From the NCBI GenBank assembly GCA_977030845.1, contig OZ365118.1, positions 4,836,001 to 4,900,000 of the forward strand: a stretch of DNA of 64,000 nucleotides, written 5' to 3'. Each line of letters starts with the position of its first letter. Positions within the stretch are counted from its first letter, which is position 1. Below, in pieces: positions 24,883 to 38,178 of this stretch. Under the pieces are notes generated by a model that saw only the letters and a program-made list of their open reading frames with translations, had not been told where the DNA came from and ran no database searches. The position numbers were made by a program, and so were the translations under genes. Source of the stretch: Fimbriosthenelais zetlandica. Taxonomy: Eukaryota.

Positions 24883-25804
24883 GTGAGTTGTGAATTATGT
24901 TTTCTTATACACTAACACCCAAAAGCCCCACAAATACGCCTACAGACAATGTCCTCTAATCGCCTTATTCTCTGATCTCAATTACGGACACTCCAGCAAT
25001 CTTCAGAAGTTCCTTAATTGCTCTTAATTGGTGTTTTTATATCGCCAGCTGGGTGGTCTGGCTAAAAATTTGAACAACAGATATCCAGGCCAATTAGGTG
25101 ATGTAACTGGGTAATCTTTGCCAGGTTTCCTCATTAAATTAGTAGGTGATTACAAGGTAAACCCAATGAGAATTGCTTCAAAACACTATAATAATACTAT
25201 TTAGTTGGTGCTGAGCACTTGATGAGGAACTAAAACCCCAGTCCATTGCCCTTTGTGTCCAAATTCCAGACCACAATGCTCAAGACAGAGAGGTACCTAT
25301 TTCCATGCAGCTTTTGACCTTTTGGTCATATTGATTTCATTGTCACTCAATAACAAGTTTCATGGTGAAATTAACTCAAAGACATCATTTCGATTAAATA
25401 TTAAATTGACCTTTGTTGTCAGTTGTTTGTCTTTGTATTTGTAATCAGATATACACCTGTGACATTAATCCTGTCAACCATTTTTTCTGTCAAGATATTA
25501 ATTGCCAAAAGCAATGAAGAAGTTGAGCGACAATTGTTGTTTTGTCTTTATGTAAGTGGAGGTTTAGAACTGTACCACCAAACCTAAAGTCATTGCCTTT
25601 TTTGCACTGTTTAATGTCATCAGCATTGATTTTCTCTGAGCCCCGTAGAGGGCGTTGACACTTGGATTAAGGGCTCACCCATATGTTGGTCAGATTATAT
25701 TGCCACTGTGACTTATCTGTACTAAGAACAGAACAACCCAAGAACCCAAACCCGAAACACCGAGAGTCTGACGTGAATCCACGAGAAAATGGAGGTGTGA
25801 TCTT

Positions 25805-25873
25805 TGACATAGCTGTCACAAACACTCACGTCTGACATTTAACAAGTGACACAGCTTGACAGTATGGGTGTCA
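25805..25873. promoter_or_regulatory. Second TGACA/TGTCA (TALE-type) cluster
   Basis: Six TGACA/TGTCA cores in about 70 bp (25805, 25814, 25833, 25847, 25857, 25869). Confidence 0.45.
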
Positions 25874-26273
25874 CACGCGTCAACAGGAAGTGGGTGGCAG
25901 CACCAGTCCCACAGCCCAACCTGCTATAGTCAGAGAGAACAGGTGAAATGAAGGGCAGAAAGGAAGGGAGGTTTGGTTATAACAATAAGCGACTAGAAAA
26001 ATGATCTGAATTATGGATAGAAACGGTATAATCAGTAGTAATGCACAGGGCAGAAGCTGGGCAGGCAATCTTAATATTCTGATCATGTGAGGAATAGGAT
26101 ATTCAGATCAAGAGGAGAGGCATGAGTAGGAATGAAAGAGTGAGGGAGATAAGTGGTGAAGCAGAGAGGTGAAGTGACATCTGGGTTTACTTATGTATAA
26201 GGGCTGGCCATTATGGGTTGTGTAGAGAGGTATAGAGCGGGATCTGGTACATGATTTGGTATCTCCAGCCTAT

Positions 26274-26484
26274 AGCCTGGAATACACTAATCCGGTTCTC
26301 TAATCCGTCGCCATCCGATACCCTATTTCTAATGACATCTAGAGATTGAAATTTTGTCAATGGATAGCCCTACCTAGGCGTTAAGGACTTTTCAAATTAC
26401 AAGCATTTGTTGTGAATAGAAATACAGTTTCGGACAGCTATCGGATGGCTCCGGATAGAGAATCGGTTAAGTGTATTCCTGGCT
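26274..26484 (-). mobile_element. MITE family 2, copy b
   Basis: Same TIRs, opposite orientation to copy a; TAT/TAT duplication. Confidence 0.9.
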
Positions 26485-26617
26485 TATGTCTTATGACTAT
26501 TACATGTAATCATGAGGCTTCACATGGCCAATCACTCCGCGGTGTATTCTCTGCAGTTAAAGCGAATAATATAGAAGTGTGTCCCAACAGTGCTTGAAAA
26601 TGACTGATGGTTAATAT

Positions 26618-26846
26618 GTACCAAAAAAGGTATTTGCAAGGCTTAAGATTGTACCAAAACAGGTTTTTGCAAGGCTAGATATTGTATCAGAACAGGTGTC
26701 TGCAAGGCTAAAGATTGTATCAAAACAAGTGTCTGCAAGGCTAAAGATTGTACCAAAGCAGGTTTTTGCAAGGCTAAAATTGTACCAAAACAGGTTTTTG
26801 AAAGGCTAAAGATTGTACCAAACACATGTTCGCAAGGCTAAAGATT
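26618..26846. repeat. ~33-bp minisatellite, about 6-7 copies
   Basis: gcaaggctaaagattgtaccaaaacaggtttt(t). Confidence 0.9.
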
Positions 26847-29104
26847 TAGTATTATTTTCATCTAAATACGATTCTGAATGATGAATATTTAAGCACTAAC
26901 ACAGGCAATTAATAATATTGCCATATTAATATTGCCAGAAATACTGAAAATATTGGCAAAATAGAAAATGCTTCAAGGCAATATGCAGGTGAACAGTTAT
27001 TGGTTTAGGCTGGAATTGTTACAGGTGGATATGCGGATGGCCTTTTCCTGTAACCTTGATCCTCCTTCAGTCAGGAAACCCATGTTCCTACACTGATAAC
27101 CTTATCTCTGCTGCGTCCTTTTATTTCCATCTTGATCCCACAAACCTCAGCCGGTATCTGATAAACAATAAATCAAAGGCCAGCAGCGAGATGCTGACAC
27201 ATCTGATATGGACGTGTTCCCCTCCTCCAGACTTGACTGGAGCCTGATAAAGAAGCGGAGGAGGAAGCAGGGACCCATACAATCATTCCCCCTCCCATCT
27301 TATCACACCACATGTGAAGAAGACAGCTTTTTACTTTTCTTTTTCTCCCCTGATAAATCATATACAGATAAGGGCATTGACACAAGCTGGTGAAACAATA
27401 AAATTGATTATCTTTCCCAATCATTGTCGTTCCAGGTAAAACTCCATCTCAAGTTTTCTTCTCAATCTGAAGTTTTTGCTTTATTTTTGCTGGGTTCTGC
27501 ATCGAAAAACTTTAGATTGTCATCATGGATGTTTGGAGATTTTGGCACTTTGTTATTTGGATGGTTGGTGTTTTTGATGGATGGGATCATTGGGCAGGGC
27601 TATCAGTTTGAAGCTGCCCCTTGATACATGCATGATGGGCTGCAATGGCAAGCAATGCATCTTTTAGTTGAGGCTTTTTCTCGACAATTGGAACCATTGA
27701 TTTGCATAAATATCTGATGAATCATGGTTCAAGTACTTCTCTGACATCATGCAGTGCCCTATGCTTATATTCTATAATAGAAAATGGTCTGTTAGACCAG
27801 TTGCTTAGGACAGAAAATAGGCGATATTGTTCATTTTGTGAAGAAATCACCAAATTTGGCATATTGCTACATTTTTGCATGTATATGATACATATTCGAA
27901 CAAGAGACACGTTCTATTCCGAATTTGTTTTGCCGCCATCTTTAATTTCAAGATGGCCGCCGTCTGAAATCATAAATGTTCATATCTTTGAGAATCTTTT
28001 GGGTAAAGTCGAGATTTAAAATCCTAATATAATGTTAATGGATATAAGGAATCGAATGGAATGAATAAAAATACCCATTATGTTAAGGAGAGTGTAAATA
28101 TGGCAATGTCCACTACTCATGGGCTTTGGGTTCATAATGATAATTTCTGGACATTTATTCACTGTTCCAAGCTTTAAAATTGTGGCAATCTGTCGGTGAA
28201 GTCTGCGTGATGACCTGTTGTCTCTGCCAGTCTGCCAGGCCCTTAGAGCACATGTATTAGTTTCTCATCACCAAGTAAAGGCCATGTAAATGTCAATGAG
28301 GGACCTTCAGCTTGGAAAAACACCACTTGCTGAATCTTTCATACAGACTGCAAGGGCTCTACTTAGGACAATATAGCTCGTATTTAACACAAGTCTGAAG
28401 CCCGTATCATAAAACTCAGCCCAGCAGATATCTGCGCAACTTCCTCATATTTCTCATATCAAGCAATTAACCTTTCTCAGCTGAAAGTTGATGATGGGTA
28501 AAATATGAAATTTAAAATGCTGGGTTTAATAAGTTTCATTATTAGATCTGCATGCAGAGTTACTTGTATATAACTATAATATGAATTTTAGTGTTCTAGG
28601 GATGTATGTTTGTGTATTTGTATCAATTGGCATTATTGATTCAGTTCACGTCCAAATCTTGATGAAAATGGGCCCTTTAAGGAAAGTATCGGGGCCTGCT
28701 GCATTTGCCTTAAAGTAGACCTTGGTATGTTGTTGCAATATTGTTCCAGGAAATAAGTCTGAATACGGTTAACAGCAGATCCATGCCACTCACAATGTGA
28801 GGTGGCACGTCAAAATCTATTCACTGATTCTCTGACCACCTGTTAATTTAGGGGGCTTAGTACATAGTTTTAATCAGAGTGCCATCAGTTTTTTTTTTGT
28901 TTTTTTTAGTTAGAATTTTGTATAGAGCCTGTTATGGGTGAATACCAGCTCACACTCCTGATTACTCAAGTTTTCGTATGATTTTCAGCTGGGGGCTGTT
29001 TCTAAGTGCATTGCTACATTGCCTTCTGTGCAATGGATATTTCTAGGTCCATGTGCTCTAGAACATATGTACAACAGTGAGGAGGGAGGCATTGGAAATG
29101 CCTT

Positions 29105-29187
29105 GGACAGCTCGGGGGATTGAACCGCCGACCCTTGGTCAATCACCCTGTATGAGCTGGCGCTCTAACCAACTGAGCTATCTCCCC
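29105..29187 (-). pseudogene. tRNA-derived relic (tRNA pseudogene or SINE head)
   Basis: Minus strand reads GGGGAGATAGCTCAGTTGGTTAGAGCGCCAGCTCATAC...GGTCGGCGGTTCAATCCCCCG. The A box, D arm and B box are recognisable, with CAT at the anticodon position. The anticodon and acceptor stems pair poorly. Confidence 0.7.
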
Positions 29188-29294
29188 TTAAAGGCGTAAA
29201 ACATATTGCCAACGCTAGCAGTTACATAGACACTGTCAGCTTTCTCGTGATATTGTGTGAGCATTGACTACTAATTACTCGAGTCTGGCTTCAG

Positions 29295-29322
29295 GATTCT
29301 GTCAAAACCTTGAGAGGAAAAC
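29295..29322 (+). other. Candidate 28-nt exon
   Basis: ctaat...ggcttcag|GATTCTGTCAAAACCTTGAGAGGAAAAC|gtaagt. Strong donor, weak polypyrimidine tract. Phase 0->1 reading DSVKTLRGK. Confidence 0.3.
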
Positions 29323-29801
29323 GTAAGTCTGTGTGACAGGCAGGACAAGCAATCAGCTCTATCTGTCTCTGGCATGGACAGCTAGCAGTGACGGGAACCT
29401 GCATGGTACATCCAGACTGCCAATGACTTCATCCGTATGTACTACAACATACATGAAAGTAACTGAAACACATCTAATGTGGAAACCACCAGGTCTGGCC
29501 TGCTCCCACTGCCAAATCCAATTGCCATTTTTGCAAGATCAGCAGGATTGGTGTCTATAGGGCTTTGGTATAATAATGGTATTTGACAAAGAGGAAAATA
29601 AATGTGTAATGTCAAGAAAAGACAAAAGAAGGGTTCCTTTAGAGGCATTTAAAGGCTATTTCAGACTCGGTTTGTTGGGTTGGTAGACCGCTAGCCTGAC
29701 TAATGCCTTCTTTAGTGGGTTTCTATACAGCTCATGCCCCTTTTCAAGGAAATCGCTATCTTTACCGGTCTTTGGGTTATTTTTTTTACCCCTTTTTGCA
29801 G

Positions 29802-29846
29802 TTTATAATGGTCGTTTGGGTGAACCTGTTCTCAAGAGATATATAG
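29802..29846 (+). other. Candidate 45-nt symmetric (phase 1) exon
   Basis: ttttttttacccctttttgcag| ... ATATAG|gtaagc. Fully open only in phase 1: YNGRLGEPVLKRYI. Confidence 0.6.
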
Positions 29847-30480
29847 GTAAGCAAGGTTGTACTTGCATTTCAATCTTGGGATTTTAGGCCAGATGAGCCA
29901 CCAAATTCTCCAGAAAACAACCTCCGCCCATTATCAATTCAATCCAGTTACATTTAAGTTACGAATACAGTTTCTATGGTCAGAACTTCTCGGGAGGGAA
30001 GAAACTTTTTCCTCTGTAAGCAACCAACTTTTCCATTAGTCTGCCACTATTTCTTTTCGAGGGGAAAAAACTGTGTCCATTTAAGTTAATTATTTCATCA
30101 TTTTATCACGAGGTAATGAAAGACGTTTGGTGTTGGAGATTGGATGGAGAGATCGAGCTGAAGGTGTTGAGCCTTGGTGCTGCAGGCTGCTGTTGGCGTT
30201 TGATCTCGACCAGCTGCTGGCTTTAGCAAGATAAAAGTACCTCCCACTTCTCCCCACCCAGGGAGACACTACTACTACTACTGCTGTCATTTACTACCAT
30301 CGCTACTACTACAACAACTTCCAGCATCAGAAGCAACATCCACACCACAAACAGCAGACGCAGCAGTACCCCCCGCCCCCCCCCCCCCCTCCAACCCACC
30401 CCAGTACCTCCCCAGACACCCAGCCCAGACACCCAGACCCTAGCCTAGATCCCACCCTCCCACCCTACATCACTATCCTG

Positions 30481-30494
30481 CCACTAGACGGCAC
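30481..30494 (+). promoter_or_regulatory. CTCF-like motif
   Basis: CCACTAGACGGCAC compared with the consensus CCASYAGRKGGCRS. Confidence 0.4.
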
Positions 30495-31286
30495 CACCTT
30501 TCACTGGGGGGGCTGTTGCCCTCCCTCCATTGGGCCTCAATAATATAACATCTCGGGTTTTCTCGCTGTGTTTCTCGTTGGGAGACGAGAGGAGGGCTTG
30601 GTGGTCTGAGGGCATGGGAGGAGGGAGGGCTCTCTTAAATTGGCCGCCAACCTCCCATAAAATGGTCATTTAACCCCACCACCAACACCCATACAACCTA
30701 CCCCACGTGGGCCATTATTCTCCCACATTAGCCTGGCAAATGATGCTTTCAGGCAAAAGAAATGATAAATTATACCATACTCCCCTTAAGTCAAGGCTTT
30801 TAAGGAACAACAGATTGGTATCAATTGAATGCGTACAAAACTACAATATTTCTGATCTTGAAAATTCTTGATTATATTTCTATGGTTCATGGGATAAGCC
30901 CATATTTTTAAAGCCCAAATTGACCATAAAAATACTACCAATGCAAGACTTAATTTCAAATATCAACAAATAGATGAACACTAGTGGGTTGGCATCTAAA
31001 TCATGCAAGTGGCTCAAACCTAGCACGATTTACCGTTTAAAATCCCATATGGGATTTGGCCGAGTTATTATTTGATGGGTCCATAAATTTGGTGAGATGA
31101 ACAATGGAGGGTAGGGTGCCCCTGACTGATGGTAATTCCCTAACAGGTGATGTTACACCCTAGTGCACCCCCCCCCCCCACCCCCCACTATATGACAATG
31201 ATGCCTGAGGGTGCTCTAGAAATGCTCAAGTTAATCTAGCAGAGAAATTGGGGTTGGCTGGCCAGACTGTAAGGTAGGGACATTTA

Positions 31287-31479
31287 AGCCTGTACTCCAC
31301 TACTGCGATTTTCCTTGCGACACCACTGCGATGTTTGTGTCGTAATAAATGTACACATTGTGCTTAAAGAGTCCAAGGCTTTAAAGTCGTCCTCCACTGG
31401 TACATTTTTTATTGTGACACAAGCATCACGTTTGTCGCAGTAGTGTCGCAAGCAAAATCGCAGCAGTTGAGGATGGGCT
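31287..31479. mobile_element. MITE family 1, copy b
   Basis: AGCCTGTACTCCACTACTGCGATTTT...AAAATCGCAGCAGTTGAGGATGGGCT; flanks TTA/TAA. Confidence 0.9.
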
Positions 31480-33630
31480 TAAGACTGGATTTATGGTAAA
31501 TCATCGCCATGGAGGGTGGTGGAGGATGGGAAGTCTCCCCTCACCCTACCCCATATCAGTATGTCACTCTGATACTGGTACTCCATCATTTTCACAGTTT
31601 TTTAAGCCTTTCTCAGGGGTATAATGGGTGCTTAATATCATATAAAAATTGCTTCAAGGACATGGCATGAGCTCTGGGAATCTATGGCTGTTCATTTTAA
31701 AGCCTTGTTTCGGGTCATTTGTTTTTCTCTGAGCATTTTGCATTGCATCTGAGGTAGCAAAGAAGGCAACCTGATGAATGTTTGTGAGCTATTGAGGAGT
31801 GAGTTGGAAACATGCTGTCGGCAAATTAACCTGCTCTTCTCAAACTAGAGCAATGGTTCGCCTCTCACCACAGACAGTTGGAAACATGGATGGCCATTGA
31901 TATTCCAGTTAGCAGCACTGGGTGGGGAAGAAGAGGGTGAGTGGATCATGCACTTAATTACCTCATCTAATACACCCCCCACCCCCACCCCCCGCCCCCT
32001 GATCCACTGATAAACACTCCCTTAACATGTCACCTATTCATCCCACCTCCAAATGGTGAGATAAATCTACTGATAAGCATTGGAATATATGAATAAATAA
32101 ATGATTCATAAAGATAACCGGTGGATAGCGAGGAGAGGGGACATAATGCATTATAATGCCACTAATTTCTACCCGCCCACCGCCTCCCATCTCAAACTTC
32201 ACCCTCCATGAAAATCCATCATAAATTAAAGCCTCAGCCGCAATAAAAAAAAATTGTTGAATGAAGCTCTCGGGAAATCGACACATTTGCTGTGTACATT
32301 AAGAGTTGATTAGTTTAAATTTTAATTACTCTCCTTGCTAGCCTGCCTCCCAGCCATGCAATCTTCAATTACAGTCTGACCAAAATGGGCGCGGGAGAAA
32401 AATGGATGAAATATGAGGAAATAAAAGGTTAATGGTATTCTAAATAATTTTTGGACATTTACAGAGTGTTTTATGGCTGGAAAAGTTCACTTCTCTGAAA
32501 GATGTCTTTCTTCTTTTTCCTGTTATTACAGAGGTCTGGATGGTTCGCTGGGCTGGGGATAAATTACATTTGGATCCCTCTCTTTAATTTCATCACTTTT
32601 TGATGATGATCCTTTTTGCATTTTAACCATTTTTTTCCTCTTTTTAATCTGACAATGTCCAAAACGACCAAAGGGCAACGCCGGAGTAGTATTACTACAG
32701 TTCATTGTCTTTCTTCATAATACGCATTTATTAATTGATTTATTTTTAATTTTATTTCATTTTTTCATGGTTCAGAAATAGTGAGAAAGAGGAGAGCCAA
32801 ATGATTCTTTTAAAAATGATAACATTTCTTTGAGCAGTCCATATAGGGGCCCCCGACCATTCCCTGTTAATTTTCGGTATTTTATATATGTTGCTTGATT
32901 CTCCCTCTCTATCATTAAGCTTAATTAGGTAGTAGAGTGTTGAGAAAATGCTTGATTTCTGTCCCATTAAACGGTCATTGAGATGGAAACCGTTCATTTT
33001 CCTTTCATCTCTATCTCCACTTAAATCATCCCAACTCCAAATCCCCCCAACTCACCCACTCCTTAATTTACCCCCGGCATCACCCCAATCACAGATATGA
33101 TGGGAAGTGACACATTAGTGGACAATAGTGGTCACTCTAAACTTAGAGTAAAATTTACTCTAAACTCTAAATGTCAAATATAGCCAACACTGGGGGTATA
33201 TAAAACCCAGGCTCCCGAACCTTAATATAAAAATTAGAGAAACGTTCATAAATCGTTTTTGGAATGAATTTTTGAGAAATGGAACTGCATCAAGAAATTT
33301 CCCCCTCATGTCTTGGTGCTCAGAGTTGATAGGAATCTAGTAGTTAATAGTGACATTAGTGGTGTCAATTCAGCCATTCATCCATTGAGTGTACCAACAC
33401 AATAGCCACTTAATGGATGACTACAAGACACCCACACCCCGGCTTTGACAAGTCTCAGTTGAGAAGATTGCAGCTCATTACACATTAAAATAGTGAAAGC
33501 CTCCCAGTCTCTGTCAGGGCTTCCTATTGCCTTAGAAATTAAAGGCATTTTGGCAGGTAAATGAAAGGTGGGTGTAGTGTTCAATGAGTGGTTAAAGATA
33601 GAAGTGGATGACAAAATAGTCCCCCGCAAT

Positions 33631-33959
33631 TTGTTTAACTTAAGGGCCGGATTCACTATGCTTTCAATTTGACATCTTACTTTCACTGTTTTGGTGTACT
33701 GGGTGAGGGTAATCTTTTGGTGGGTTCTAGTCCCTATCTCTTTGACTTGGCGTTTCTTCAAAATCCACTGGTTTTAAATATTGATATATAAGGTAATTTG
33801 TTTAACTTAAGGGCTGGATTCATTATGCTTTCAATTCGACATCTTACTTTGACTGTGGTGTACTGGGTGAGGGTATAATCTTTTGGTGGGTTCCAGTCCC
33901 CATCTCTTTGACCTGGCGTTTCTTCACACTTCACTGGTTTTAAATATTGATATATAAGG
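33631..33959. repeat. Tandem duplication, 2 x ~165 bp
   Basis: aatttgtttaacttaagggc.ggattca.tatgctttcaatt.gacatcttactt...actggttttaaatattgatatataagg twice. Confidence 0.9.
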
Positions 33960-35808
33960 CTAGATTTTTTGGGAATATTATTCACATGCAAATTTCGCAG
34001 ATATTTATGCTGAAGTTAGTCACTGAGTCACATTGCCACTAGCTAATCCACATGACTGGGGGGTGGGGGGGGGGGGGGGTGTGGGGCTTTAATGTTAGTC
34101 GTTTTCCTGGCGGCCACGGATCCGGCGACTCCCCCTATTAGCCCACATGGAGGAAATTGTGAGGCCAGGAAATTTGTCCAGGCTAGATGCAGCACTTGAA
34201 GAGCTTAGACAATGAAACTTCCAGTATATATATTCATTGTGCTGACTTCACAGAATAGGTTTTCTCTCCCAAAGCCTTAGTTAATAAAATAGTTTGCTTT
34301 AAAATACAGGAAATATTACAATAAATGTAGGATGTAGAGTAGACATATCCTGTTCAAATTTTCTAAAATTTTAAATATATGAAGCATTTATTTCAGTGAT
34401 CAAGCTGTGCTTAGAACCATATAAGGCACTGACCATTGGAAGGGGGAGATTGGTGGATTTTGACCAATTGTCTGTGATAGCCATATAAAAAGCGGTAATC
34501 TTTAATTTGCAGTGTTTACACTGAGCTTTATAGTCATTCAAAGTGCCCCTTATCACAGGCGACTAAATGACCAGCATTCAATTCTGTACACTCACACCCC
34601 AAGTGAGGCTACGGACAATCGTGCGCTCGCTTCTTTCCAGACTATGAAATGATTATATGAAGGAAAAAAGGGTCAATATTTACTGACTTGATTTCTCCTG
34701 TGATTTAGTCATTTCTCTTGGCATAATCTGTAGATATTTTGTAAAATAATTTGTCCAGCTCATATATGGAGAATGGCCTGAGAGAAACATTATTTCTGGC
34801 CTTATTAGAGAACAGTCTGATGGGAGGGGAATCCCCAGATTGAATTACATTTGAATACAATCATCCTAGAAGTGATTAGTTAATTGAGGAGATGGGGGAA
34901 GCAATGATATATGTGGTGATAAGTCGCCAGGCTACTAGATTCAATCATCTCTCCCGCCCTCGTAGATATAGAGGTATAGAGGTCCATATGACAGACCCAC
35001 AGTCCCAGGCTCCCCCCACGAAAAGGGGACAAACTGGTGGTTTTCATAAGCAAAAAATAATATTTCAGACTTGGGCAAGTCTAGCCTATGTACATCCCAA
35101 AAAGATGTTATGATCTTAGTCTTTTACTCTAACTTATTATTTTAAATTTAAACATTAATTCCCAGGTGATTTCCTGCAGGATTAAATAATATTTTGTAGC
35201 ACTCCAGTTTGACCAAAGAGACAGTCAAAACTTGTGGAGGGGGAGGGGACTACAAGGTTTAATTTTAATTTGTATAGACAGCATAATACTTGGGTATTGT
35301 TCATTTTATGCTGGTGCCCCTCCCAGCCCCCACTCAGTCCAGGGAAGGTGTGAAATCTAATGACGGAAGCGGGCGAAGAGTGACCAAGTCAAGTGTGGGT
35401 AGCCAAGTTATGTAAAATGAGCAATGACTTCTTATATAACATTTGGCTATTGTTCATTTTATTACAATCTGCCTTCCCCTTGTTTTGGGGGTTGACTCCA
35501 GACTATTATCGGAATATGCTTGGATTTTTAGTGGTTGGGGTTTGTACATTTTTATTAGGGCCGCCTATTCCAATTCCAGAAGAGGGGATGACTACCAAAT
35601 TTATCCAAACTTTCATGGAATTCTCCATAACTTTAACTTCATTTCGCCCTAGTAATCCCAACACTCATTTCAGCTTGTGGTCAATGATATAATAAATACT
35701 ACCACAGAGTTATGATTTACATAATATTATTCAGATTACACAATGAGTTAATTTAATAACACCAGCTGTCTCCTCTATGTTAGAGATCACCGCCTCATTG
35801 ACACGCTA

Positions 35809-36009
35809 AGCCTGGAACACACTAATCCCATTCTCCAATACGCCACCATCCGATTCCCCCATTTCTAATGGCATCTAAAGATTGAAATTTTGTCAGTGGT
35901 TAGCCTTACCTATCTGTAATGGTCTGTTCAAATTACAAGTATTTGGTATGAATAGAAATATGGTTTCGGATGGTGCCGGATGGAGAATCAGATTAGTGTT
36001 TTCCAGGCT
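35809..36009 (-). mobile_element. MITE family 2, copy c
   Basis: Same TIRs and core; TSD not preserved. Confidence 0.85.
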
Positions 36010-38178
36010 TTCGAGTGGTGAGGTCAGGGGGTTATTGGGTCACATGACTCTGTATATAGGTCGTCATATAGGTAGGGTGTGAGTGGGTGGGTGTGATGGG
36101 TGGACAATATAGATAATAATAATAGTACAAACCATACAAATCGGACTTACCACTATTTGACAGATGCTCTCCCCACATGAATCTAGCTGATTGGGATGTC
36201 TTCATAGCACTGATGTTACTCCCATGTTCTGGAAGGAAGAGAATGTCTATGTATGTACACATCTATCATACCTTAGTCTTGGATACAAAGCTTGTTTATT
36301 CTGCTATTTATTTCCTTTATATGAAGTAATGAATGAAAGAGGTCATCCACAACACTCCATTCTTGCCATTGTCAGATTCCAAGTGATCATTTTACTCAAT
36401 AATAAATCTTTAAAAGGGCCCATTTCAGGGGGAGAATTAACACTTAAAATGCACCAAGTGCGAACGTAAGTGAAAAGCTATAGGACCTTACATTATAGGC
36501 ACACTGGATGACAAATGACCTTCCTTCTGATCTTTTTCATCCTATAACCACCTGTCCTTACAACTTCAGACTTTACTGATTAATAAACAGATCTATATAT
36601 CTGTATGACATATAACTAGGCCTACACAAGCTTATTGATATTCCGCATCATAGGAAGGACTTCTCTGATCGTTTTTGCTTAAATTAATATTCACCGGTCA
36701 TTCATGATCAGGTAATAGTTGAAAAATACTATACAGGTCCCAGCTGTGGATATTTTATATGTGTCAGAATAATGTATAAGTTATCCTATACATTACTGGT
36801 AGATTTCCTGGCTAACACAATTAATATATGTGGCTTCTTCCACATAGTATTGTATAGCATTGTATAGCATACGCCTACGCTGAAACTTCTATACAGTGAT
36901 GGCCACTGCCAATTCATTACCCCACATCCGATACTTTCCCATCCTACATGTTTTAATGAATTTCACCGACAGAATTCCCTCCAAACTTACATGTATTTGA
37001 GTACTCTTTGGAATGCATAAACTATCTATGATATAAAGAAAAACATGCATAAAAAATAAATTACATGTATTCAGAAGAAATTTCGTCCATTCAGTTATCT
37101 AGTTTATTTGATTACATAGACGACATACACGCAGCAACCATGAAGGGTTGCCACGTGCACATTTTGTGTTGCTATGGTAACATTCATCTTTCCTCCCACG
37201 CATCCGGGGCTTTTTTTATTTAGAAAAAACTGTTAAATTCAACCATAGACAGGTATGATGTTCTGATTTTCTGATATAAATTTCGGATTTAAAGATAATA
37301 AAACTGAAATATTCTATTCCGCTCGCCTCCCTCCTCCCTCCTCTTGCTTGCTCGATCCCTCCCTCCCTCCCTCCCTCCCACCCATGCAATGCGTTATTCA
37401 GTCTATGATCCAGTATAGTGTTCAATGGGCCCAGATCATGGCCAAGCACTTATTGCTAAATTAACTATATCATGTCTCAGGCCAGACGACCTTGGACTTC
37501 CACGAAATTTCACATTTAACCTCATTTTCCCCGAATGCTTGATTTATGCTAGACATTAAATGGTCAACCTTTATATAGGCAATCTATGTAGGCGGTATCA
37601 TGGAAATGCGTGACAATCTCACTTTTTCCCTCTGTCTGTTATGAATGGTATTTGCATTTTGTGATCCATGGAAACCGACTCTTCGCATGGTTTATGTTGC
37701 CTCTTCTATTGAGTATATAATTGGGAGATATTTCTGGCTTTATGCTTTAGTTACTTCAGCGAACTACAAAGTAACAATAGTACTGAAGTAACAATAAACA
37801 TTTATAGATATATTGGCTAAATGGTCATCATATATTTGGATGTCTCATGAACAATTCTTTCATTGTGCTGCTATCCATTTCAGCCATTTGAGGCAAATCA
37901 TATAAGTTCATATATAATCTGATTACACTTTTCCTTTACAAACTTTCCCTTCTCTCAGCCTCTGACATTTTGGTTAAAAAAAATCAACAGAAGGCAGGAT
38001 GTTGGGAAAAAGGAGATGGGGTTTTTTAAGGTGGGATTCTCGCTGCTCAGTGTATTCTTCTGGTAGTCTAGGTGACCCTGGAGGAATGGCTACCTCCAGG
38101 AGGGGAGAAATACTTGTACTAAGCCCGCCTACCAGACGCCTGTGCTCCTTGGTAACCTCACTAGGCAATCACACAATA

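Noticed and set aside
27172-27393. ORF with an NLS-like KKRRRK
   Set aside because: It is bounded upstream by a stop, has no usable acceptor and shows no recognisable homology.
28786-28808. Small hairpin TGCCACTCACA-A-TGTGAGGTGGCA
   Set aside because: Too short for a pre-miRNA, and single copy.
29105-29187. Functional tRNA-Met gene
   Set aside because: The acceptor and anticodon stems do not pair properly, so it is kept only as a relic.
24858-29846. Resemblance of AFGRYQTEDSVKTLRGKLYNGRLGEPVLKRY to the second half of an ELAV-type RRM
   Set aside because: Key hydrophobic positions are occupied by G, R or K, and no first-half RRM exon was found. An HMM search would settle it.
30270-30450. 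Q/H/P-rich plus-strand frame resembling a transcription-factor tail
   Set aside because: Explained by (CTA)n, (CAG)-like and poly-C simple sequence.
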